Assembly: GCF_030684315.1 (NCBI RefSeq)
Contig: NC_081355.1
Span: 57,707,909-57,771,908, forward strand
DNA: 64,000 nt
Source of the DNA: Stegostoma tigrinum
Lineage: Eukaryota
Direction of reading: 5' to 3'
The notes under the pieces were generated by a model. It made no database searches and was not told the DNA's origin. It was given only the letters and a program-made list of their open reading frames with translations. Shown piece by piece: positions 54,975 through 64,000 of the stretch (the first letter of the stretch is position 1; each line of letters begins with the position of its first letter). The position numbers were made by a program, and so were the translations under genes.

Positions 54975-55540
54975 TTTGCATGCCCACAAACCAACAACCA
55001 ACCTGTGACAGCTACTGACAATTGTAAAGGATCCCATACTCACTACCAATAAAACTAACATAACATACAAAATACCATGCAAAGATTGTGAGAAACATTA
55101 TATAGGCCAAATGGAAGAAAACTGACAACAAATGCCAACTAGCCACCAAGAGACACAACAAGATCTCACTGGTCTCAGTTCACATGGACAAAGAAGGACA
55201 CAAATTGAACTGGGGCAACACGTCCATAATAGCCCAAAACAAAACAGACAGGCCAGGGAATTCCTGGAGGCTGTCATTCCAATTGGAACTCTATCAACGA
55301 GCACATTGAATTGGACCCGAAATACAAACCACTGAAAAACAGAACCAGAAGTGATGCCAACCATCCCAGCAAACCGAGGCAAACTAATAACAAACGGGAG
55401 AGATCACTAATGCTTCACTGGAGGTGCACTGATGATATTACTTATCAGGGTGATGAAATGTCTGCAACCAAACACACTGGCTCAGCGAGCAAGTCTACAA
55501 CCTCATTCACAACCAGAGCTACAAATATTCTCAAAATATT
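54975..55540 (+). mobile_element. Penelope-like element 3' fragment (Poseidon-type GIY-YIG endonuclease, decayed)
   Basis: AHKPTTNL*QLL..KDPI..NKTNITYKIPCKDCEKHYIGQ and QAREFLEA motifs, followed by a CTGATGA...GAAA hammerhead motif. Confidence 0.8.
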
Positions 55541-55549
55541 TAATTAAAA

Positions 55550-56725
55550 GTCTGTCTATCTCAGCCTTGAATGTACTTAATGCCCAAACCTCAGCAGCCC
55601 TCTATGGTAAAGAAATCCATGGATTAACTACCCACTGAGAGAAGAAATTCCTCCTCATCTCTGTCTTAAACATGGGACTCCTAATTCTGAAATTATGCCC
55701 TCTGGTCCTAGAATCTCCCAAGAGAGAAAAGGCCTTTCCACAGCTACCCTTTCATGTCTACTAAGAATACTGCATTGTTTCATGCCAATTTCCAGTCCCT
55801 CATTATTATTTCTCCAGTCTAATTCTCAAAAGGACCATGTGCACTTGGCTATTGTCTTCCGTTTTATATCTATTGCTGACTATCTTGATGTTACTTGCAA
55901 ATTTGCTTGCAAAGTTTATTTTCTCTTCTGGAGGTTTATGAAATCACAAGGGGCATGGATAGGGTGAATAGCCAAAATCTTTTTCCCAGGGTGGGGGAGT
56001 CCAAAACTGGAAGGCATAGATTTAAGGTGAGAGGGGACAGATTTAAAAGGGATCTGAGTGACAACATTTCCATGCAGAGAGTGTTGCGTATGACTACGAC
56101 TAAATAAGGTTGCCTGTTATTCTTCCATATTCCGATAAATTCTGGCTTTATTAATGCTACTACTCCTCATAAGACAGTCCCTCTAATGCTGGTATCAGAG
56201 TAGTGATACTCCTCTAGACTGCTTGCAATGCTAATATATTTTTACTTAAACAAGGGGCCCTAAGCTGTTTACAGTGTTCCAGCTGTAGCCTGACTAGTGT
56301 CTTGCATAGATTTAGCAAAACCTCCCCACTTTCACACTCCATCAACTTTAAAAAATGGTCAAAATTCCATTTGTCTTCCCTATTATCTGCTGAATTCGGA
56401 TGTTAACTTTTTATGATTCTTGGCAAAAACTTCCATAACCCTCAGTTCTGTAGCTCTCTGCAGTCGTTCTCCATTTAAATAATGCTCAGCTCCTCTATTT
56501 GTCCTACTAAAGTGCATAACCTCATATTTTCCCACGTTATATTCCCTCTACTAAGTTATTGCCCACTTACTTAACCTGTCTAGATCCATTTTTAAACTCT
56601 TTGTGTCTTCCTTGTCACTTGCCACCTTGCTTATTTTGTGTCACCTGCAAACCTGGCTATAGGACATTCACTTCCCTCATCCAAGACATTAATGTGTGAT
56701 GTGAATAGTTTTGTTGGTCAGCACA
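55550..56725 (-). mobile_element. decayed CR1 LINE fragment interrupted by other insertions
   Basis: Minus-strand CR1 ORF2 3' half (RRNFFSQWVVNPW-like at ~55650; WQMEF-like at ~56370). Confidence 0.7.
55925..56092 (+). mobile_element. CR1 ORF2 fragment nested in opposite orientation
   Basis: LEVYEITRGMDRVNSQNLFPRVGESKTGRHRFKVRG, a typical CR1 ORF2 C-terminus. Confidence 0.85.
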
Positions 56726-58474
56726 TACCTGGATAATTTTTCACCTTAGATGGAGGGCATAACTGGAATGCTATGCTGGAGATGAGAAGTATGGGAGGAA
56801 TAAAGCTAAAGATTTATATTTATATATATATTAATATATTGCAGCCATATCAAGGTGTGGGTTATGGCCACAATTGAGGTTGCAGAAGCTGCAATTGAAA
56901 TCATGACAGTACCATCTTCTGAGACTGTGTCTCACACTGAGGCCCAGCCAGCAGCTGGCCCTACTCTTGTTCTGTTTATCTCTTGGTCTCAGGATTTTCT
57001 CCTTCTCAAGATCAGTTAAAAATGTCACCAGCAGGGCTGCAGAAACACATTGGCTGTGGTTTTCTGAACTCCTACATCTCATTACCAGCTGGCTGAATAT
57101 TTTCGGTTGGCAGTGGAGGGTGCAGGAGGAGACATGATCTGATTACAATGGGCCATGACCAAAGATCATCAACCTAAATCACACAAAGATATATCAAAAT
57201 TTTAATTACAGCATGCATTCTTTCCAAAAGAATGCTGCCATTACTACAATGATGGTAGATAAAAATTTAGTAGCTGAAGAAGAATTCTGGGATTTCACAC
57301 CTGTACAGAGTCAAGGAAACTTCAAACAGAAAAGAAGAGACAATGAGAGGCTGGCTATTCAACCCTGTCTCAGCAGAAGGCCATCTCTTGTAGATATATT
57401 TCTGTTTTATCTTTCAGTGACACACACAAAATTTGGGGAAAGAAGTGGGGTTCATATCTGGTCTATGTGTGCTAATAGCCTGACACCCTAGTGTGTGGAC
57501 CAGTGTGCTGGGAAAGTCACAACTTAAAGAACTCTGTACTGCAGATAAAGAAAGAGCAAAGATTCTCTCTTATTTTATATGCCTCTTTTCAGTTACCGTC
57601 AAAAGTAACCAGGTCAACCAGGAATTTCAATCGACTTGCAAAGTCAAGAATATTGAAATTGAAAACTTAGCTATTAAAGTCAAAACGACTGCTGCTATTC
57701 ACTGCAACAGCTGCAATATTTGCACATCCACTCTTTGTGAAAAACTTTGAGACCTTTCTGTATTTTATTTAACTTTGAGGTCTCTTTGGGCTCATTTCTT
57801 ATTTGCAATCTGTGTGAATGCATGTTGTGTTAGTATTTTGTCTCATATTTAGTAACCAATAAACTTACTCTTTTATTAACTTAAAAAGACCTGATTAAAT
57901 TAGCTCATTTTAAACCATAAATTAATTTGATCTTGAAAAAGACATCCACGTGAGGAAGGGACTCTTTTCAAATGTTGTGGCCAACTCAGGGGACAGATGG
58001 ATACAGAAAGGGGGCCAATTCTTCTCACCTCACCCAGGTACTTTATGATTAAGGGTATCCTATCAGAAATCATAATAAATTAGGGCCATCGTCCTAGGAC
58101 AGACTGTAACAAATTGAGGATTTGTGTTCGGCCAGAGACAAAGTGAAGTGAATAAATTCTCACTTTGAATCCAATTTTGTTTTTAAAAAACCCACAAAAA
58201 GACTTTATTGATTTATTATGGGAGTGAGGTAAATGCTGGGAGGTTGGTTCCAAAATGAAACATTAGGCGAGAAACTTCTGTATTTTAACTGATGGAAGAT
58301 AGGGCATGTCCAATTTAACTGCTGCAGGTACAGCCAAAAAGCAATGGATTTAATGGGACACATACCCCCAATGAAGAGAATGGGAGCCATTCAAAAAGCG
58401 GAGAAGGCTAGAGTATGAATCCCTGTAAAGGCACGTGCAAGTTTGGGAATGACTTTAAACAAACTACTGAGAAT

Positions 58475-58697
58475 TAAAAACTGAAAGAAATGTGGATGCT
58501 GTAAATCAGGAACAAAAACAGAAGTCGCCAGAAAACTCAGCAGGTCTGGCAGCATCTGAGAAGACGAAAATCAGAGTTAATGTTTCGGATATGGTGACCC
58601 TTCTTCAGAACAGTCACTGGAACCGAAACGTTAACTCTGACTTTTTCTTCACAGATGCTGCCAGATCTGCTGAGCTTTTCCAGCAACTTTTGTTTAC
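58475..58697. mobile_element. palindromic Penelope-terminus-derived repeat
   Basis: CTCAGCAGGTCTGGCAGCATCTG..AAAATCAGAGTTAATGTTTCGG is inverted to CCGAAACGTTAACTCTGACTTTT..CAGATGCTGCCAGATCTGCTGAG. Confidence 0.8.
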
Positions 58698-60059
58698 ATT
58701 GCTGAGAATTAACTTGGATTTTTTAGCCAAAGGAAGGGTTTTAATGTTTCGCCAGTGTGAGGCAAGAAACTCTGAGGTGTTATTGAGGGATACCAGGGTC
58801 ATAGAAACTCTGGAACTGGGAAAAGGAATGACCTGGCCAGCAGAGAGTGCAGAGTGCATGCCAGGGTGTGTTCAATGGGATTGTAGGAAGGTTCATGCCC
58901 ATTTCCCAGTGTGGGCTGCAACTGGAGAGTGACCTTTTGTTGGGACGAGTGACCATCAGAATTGCCCCTAGTTTGCTTGTGGACTGGGTTGACCAGTTCT
59001 TCAGCAGTCACCCGACAGGATAAAGTCTGATCCAAGCCCAGTCAGATCAGGGAAACTGAACAGCTGTAGGAGAAAGAGCCAGGCATTCTTGCTGACTACG
59101 TGGCTGCGTGATCGATAGCCAGACAAACACAGCCATTGAAGGATGTAGTGAGCATTGCAAACAAAAGACTCTCTGATACGGTTATTGAAAACCTTTTTCA
59201 AAAGTCTAGAACACACCGTGGATCTAATGAATAGAACCAACCCCTAAGTAGTAGCCAAACAAGATAATTCACGGTTAAAAACACGAGCTCAGACTGATTA
59301 GACTGAAGCTGAAGCAGTCCCTGAATGTTATTATGGTAAAAATGAAGGGCTGATGATGAATGGAGATCCCTCACCGACCTACAAATGAGAAGTGAAGAAT
59401 GATCCTCTAGGTAGTGGCGTTGTCGTGGTACTTTAGGAAATTAGTGTGTCAATGGCTATGTACACATCAATCACAGCTCCCTAAGGATGTGGTAAGGTTT
59501 TGTTGAATCTGCCCTGAAATTGGGGGAAAACCCCAAGCTGCAATAGACCAATCCCTTTGATTCCTGCACTGGCTATTGAGGAACCATTCAGTAGGGTGTT
59601 AATGGACTGTCTGAGGCCCCTGCCCCAAACAAAAGCAGGATGTCTTTCCCTTCATAGATGTGTCTAACTCTTTCCCAGGGCCTGTTTGCTTGAGGTCCAT
59701 ATCTGTCAAAGCAATGATATGGACTTTGTCCCAATTCTTCAGTATATTATTGACCACTGAGATCTCACCAGACAGGGCTCAAACTTCATGTCCAAATTAT
59801 TCCAGGATGAAATCAGTAACTTGGTTGCAATTCAGTGAAGTTCTTCACCATATCCCATGCAGCCACAACTGGTGCTAGATCAGTACAAGTACTCTCTAAG
59901 AATGATAGTCAGGCCACACATTATCAGTACCTCAATGATGAGGATAAAGAATAGATTTCCTCCTGTTCACTATCAGGGAATCACCCAAGGAGTCCTTCAG
60001 TTTTGCTCCATTTGAATGAGTTGCAAGTTACAAGTAGATGTCTTTAGAACAGAACAAGG

Positions 60060-60175
60060 TGGGCGCTTGTGGCTTGGTGGGAGTGAACCCACCTCTGATC
60101 CAGGAGGCCCTGGTTCAAGTCCCACCTGCTCCAGTGGTGCATCATAACATCTCTGAACAGGCTGATAAGAAATAA
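60060..60175 (+). mobile_element. short tRNA-derived SINE
   Basis: A-box-like TGGCTTGGTGG and B box GGTTCAAGTCC, inserted in the Gypsy remnant. Confidence 0.55.
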
Positions 60176-61094
60176 CTCACAACAGGACGAGCAAGTCTCC
60201 ATGTTAAACTACAAAATGAAATTCTAAGTGATCCTAGCAAGCCTGAGAGCACTTGAAAATCTCTCAGGTAATGATGCGAAAACAGACTTGGGCATGAGCT
60301 TTTCAGTGAGGAGAAAATTATCAGTCCTCCTACTAATATTAGATCAGCCCATGAATATATGTTTCAGGGGTCTGTATAGAATATCCAAGAAATTTGGAGA
60401 AGTGAAATATCTGATCATTTAATAAAACAATACCGTCACCGAGAATGGGAAAGGCAGTTAACAGTTGACCCATTGCCATTGAGATAGAGGACAAGGGTAA
60501 AAGTGGGGATGAATTGGAGGGAGATATGGATGAGGCCCACATTGAAACTGCAATCACCTGGAAAATGAATAAAACTACTAAAAACCATTAATCCTTACTC
60601 ACTCTATTCATGTAGAACAGCGAATAGTCTTAACAAGGTTAGTCGCTGAATTTATGGATTTATGCAGACAAAGCAGGCTATGCCATTCTGTCTCAACATG
60701 ATGTGAATGTGGGCATTATTCCTTTCAGCTAGGTCCAGGTTCAGGATGAATTAACGACATGTTGGAGCTCCCACAAATAGAACCTCATAGCAGCAGTTAG
60801 AGGTCCACAGTTGTATGCATGTTTAAAGCAGGTGGCTCAGTATTGTTGACTAGCCTGGTAATATAGTGACCAAAGATGACTCCTACCTAATACCCTGGCT
60901 GGAAGATTGCATAGAATTGTCCCCAGTGTAAAGCTGCCTAAATTGCCAAGGTGGATTTCTGAAGGAATACTGGCAAGTTTCCTTGACAGCCCATGCAAAG
61001 GAAGTCTCCAAGTCAGATTATAACAGCTTTGAGCCATGCTATTTGAGCTCTAAGGTGTGCCAGTCACCTTTCAAAGGCAGATGATCGAGATAGT

Positions 61095-62255
61095 AGATAA
61101 AAAAGTGTGAAGCTGGATGAACACAGCAGGCCAAGCAGCATCTCAGGAGCACAAAAGCTGACGTTTCGGGCCTAGACCCTTCATCAGAGAGGGGTATGGG
61201 GAGAGGGTTCTGGAATAAATAGGGAGAGAGGGGGAGGCGGACCGAAGATGGAGAGAAAAGAGGATAGGTGGAGAGGAGAGGATAGGTGGAGAGGAGAGTA
61301 TAGGTGGGGAGGTAAGCAGGGGATTGGTCAGTCCAGGGAAGACGGACAGGTCAAGGAGGCGGGATGAGGTAGTAGGTAGGAATTGGAGGTGTGGCTTGAG
61401 GTGGGAGGAAGGGATGGGTGAGAGGAAGAACAGGTTAGGGAAGCGGAGACAGGCTGGGCTGGTTTTGGGATGCAGTGGGGGGAGGAGACAAGCTGGGCTG
61501 GTTTTGTGATGCAGTGGGGGGAGGGGAAGAACTGGGCTGGTTTTGGGATGCAGTGGGGGAAGGGGAGATTTTGAAGCTTGTGAAGTCCACATTGATACCA
61601 TTGGGCTGCAGGGTTCCCAAGTGAAATATGAGTTGCTGTTCCTGCAACCTTCGGGTGGCATCATTGTGGCACTGCAGGTGGCCCAGGATGGACATGTCAT
61701 CTGAGAAATGGGAGGGGGAGTTAAAATGGTTCGCGACTGGGAGGTGCAGTTGTTTATTGCGAACTGAGCAGGGGTGTTCTGCAAAGCGGTCCCCAAGCCT
61801 CCACTTGGTTTCCCCAATGTAGAGGAAGCCACACCGGGTACAATGGATACAGTATACCACATTTGCAGATGTGTAGGTGAACATCTGCTTAATATGGAAA
61901 GTCATCTTGGGTCCTGGGATGGGGGTGAGGGATGAAATGTGGGGGCAAGTGTAGCACTTCCTGTGGTTGCAGGGGAAGGTGCCAGGTGTGGTGGGGGTGG
62001 AGGGTAGTGTGGAGCCGACGAGGGAGTTACGGAGAGAGTGGTCTCTCCGGAAGGCAGACAAGGGTGGGGATGGAAAAATGTCTTGGGTGGTGGGGTCGGA
62101 TTGTAGATGGCGGAAGCGTCGGAGGATGATGTGTTATATCCGGAGGTTGGTGGGGTGCTATGTGAGAATGAGGGGGATCCTCTTGGGGCGGTTGTGGCGT
62201 GGGCAGGGTGTGAGGGATGTGTTGCGGGAAATGCAGGAGAGGCAGTCAAGGGCAG
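61095..62255 (-). mobile_element. young 5'-truncated Penelope-like element (Neptune-type, GIY-YIG endonuclease)
   Basis: ORF 62061..61435 has a Cys linker (FPCNHRKCYTCPHI) and VVYCIHCTRCGFLYIGETKWRLGDRFAEH..HFN..EQQLIFHLGTLQPNGIN. Terminal hammerhead motif; internal 18-bp and 39-bp tandem repeats. Confidence 0.92.
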
Positions 62256-62654
62256 AACACCCAATTCAAGACTGGATAAATTTATGTTAAGTGGTGGTGG
62301 CCGAAAAATAAAAATTACAATTGAATAGATAATAACAAATTTTATTCCTTCTAGACCACAGAAGACAAATGATTCAATTGCAATAGTTAACCACTCACCA
62401 GTGCTTCTAACCTAGGACAATGAATGGACAACTGAATCAACGTGTTGTCTGTTATCTGTTGGAAGAGAGAGGAGAATAGTTATTAAACCTACCAAAATGA
62501 GAATAAAATAGAGAACAGTCTTCTGGCAACCCATTTACATGTATTAATTGCTCCTCCATGCAACAACATATTGGAACAATAGAATATTCATTTTTCAGCA
62601 GAGGGGTTCATCAATAGCATCAATTTCTCTTTTTATTAATACAACTGGAAAATT

Positions 62655-62862
62655 TATAGAATCATGCAGGATGGAAACGGACCCTTCAGTCTGACTCCTT
62701 TACGCTGACCAAACTAAACTAGTCCCATTTGTCTGCATTTGGCCCATATCCCTCTAAACCTTTCATATTCATATACCTGTCCAAGTATCTTTTGGATATT
62801 GTAACCGTTCCGGAATCTACTACTTCCTCTCGCAGCTCATTCTATATATGATCCACCCTCTA
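62655..62862 (-). mobile_element. CR1 LINE 3' end
   Basis: RVDHI*NELREEVVDSGT...LDRYMN...EGYGPNADKWD followed by a GATTCTAT tail. Confidence 0.75.
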
Positions 62863-63439
62863 TAAATTTAGAGGCACTAGAACTGGGTTGAATGAAAATT
62901 AGGAAGATGCATCTTCTGGCAGGCTACAATCTCAAAACATTTTAGAAAGGAGATTTCAGTCTAACTTGAAGAATTTTCTTTAATACAGTTTGAAAATATC
63001 CAACTCATGAATTGAAGAAATAAGTATGATCACCTACGAAAATTATTTTTTAAAAAGTGCAAACAAGAAACTACTTTGAGCTATAAAAATACACAGAATT
63101 GTGTTCGGGAAAGAACTCTTGCATTGTACGGATGAGTTCTGAAAAGTTCAACTGTTTCTGGAACATGGGAGTCGGTCATTCAGCCCTCAAGGCTTGCTCA
63201 CGGTTCATTAATTCATGAATCACCAGTACTCCAATTCCAAATCATGTGATGACCTTGAAAACGCAGTTTTTTAACACTTCAAATTGGCTTAGCGTGTAAC
63301 CTTTTCATGGATAATTCTTGATTTCTACTGTTTTCTGATTTCAAACTGCCTGCCTCTAATATCAAGGTCACATCTCCTTGGGATCCTCGATAGATAGAGT
63401 TTCTCTGCATCTCCCTTTCATCCTGTAAAACACCAGTTA

Positions 63440-63753
63440 TTTTTAATTCACTCGTGGAATGTTGGCATTGCTGACTTTGTCCCTAGTTGTCCTTTAAAAG
63501 ATGATGGTGAGCTGCCTTCTTGAACTGCTACAGTCGATGTGCTGCAGGTAGATCCACAATGCAATGAAGATTTTCATCCAGCAATACACAAGGAACAGTG
63601 ATATATTTCAAGTCAGGATGGTGAGTGGGCTTGAAGGGGAACTTGCAGGTGGTGGTGTTTCCAACTATCTACTGTCTTTATCCTTCTAGATGGCAGTGGT
63701 CCTCATTTGAAAGGTGTTGTCTAAGGAGTCTTGGTGAATTTCTGAAGTGTATC
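63440..63753 (-). mobile_element. LINE 3' fragment, same family as 46960..48245
   Basis: Reverse complement aligns by eye to 47890..48240 (AGAAATTCACCAA, AACACCACCACC, GTTCAAGAA, CAACTAGGGA). Confidence 0.8.
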
Positions 63754-63755
63754 TA

Positions 63756-64000
63756 GTTTTTTGAGAAGGTGACCAAACAGGTAGATGAGAGTAAACCGGT
63801 TGATGTGGTGTATATGGATTTCAGCAAGGCGTTCGATAAGGTTCCCCACAGTAGGCTATTGTACAAAATGCGGAGGAATGGGATTGTGGGAGATATAGCA
63901 GTTTGGATCAGAAATTGGCTTGCTGAAAGAAGACAGAGGGTGGTAGTTGATGGGAAATGTTCATCCTGGAGACCAGTTACTAGTGGTGTACCGCAAGGGT
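63756..64000 (+). mobile_element. young CR1 LINE reverse transcriptase fragment, runs off window
   Basis: Open frame FFEKVTKQVDESKPVDVVYMDFSKAFDKVPHSRLLYKM...RRQRVVVDGKCSSWRPVTSGVPQG. Confidence 0.93.

Larger units (their letters stand above)
57240..61094 (+). mobile_element. decayed Gypsy LTR retrotransposon, Gmr1-like (integrase before RT); 5' boundary uncertain
   Basis: Integrase remnant PLIPALAIEEPFSRVLMDCLRPLPQTKAG...D.GSNFMSKLF at ~59.55-59.9 kb. RT remnant VTKDDSYLIPWLEDCIE..KVD/LKEYWQVSLT..MLFEL*GVPVTFQRQM at ~60.85-61.09 kb. Confidence 0.75.

Noticed and set aside
61250-61561. 18-bp and 39-bp tandem repeats, CRISPR-like at first glance
   Set aside because: No unique spacers, eukaryotic context, and they lie inside a Penelope element; simple tandem duplications.
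44000-64000. Evx1, expected beyond the posterior HoxA genes
   Set aside because: No Evx homeobox (RRYRTAFTREQ) seen on either strand; presumably outside the window.

Overview
Eukaryotic (vertebrate) genomic DNA: the posterior (5') end of a HoxA cluster, most likely from a cartilaginous fish (shark-type repeats, no HoxA13 polyalanine tracts, PG14 pseudogene; species not determinable here). All cluster genes are on the minus strand: mir-196 (~0.6 kb), HoxA10 (2482-5051), HoxA11 (16200-18260) and HoxA13 (30536-31820), each with two coding exons and GT-AG boundaries read from the sequence. Upstream of HoxA13 lies a degenerate three-exon Hox14 gene (psi-HoxA14, ~37.9-40.9 kb) that the ORF track misses. 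It has the PG14-type split homeobox, a dead splice donor and a mutated recognition helix. From ~44.6 kb to the end the DNA becomes CpG-poor and full of retroelements: CR1/L2 LINEs, tRNA SINEs, a Gmr1-like Gypsy, and Penelope-like elements carrying hammerhead-ribozyme motifs. Evx1 is not reached. Alignments and repeat boundaries were done by eye and are approximate; most short ORFs in the track are spurious.
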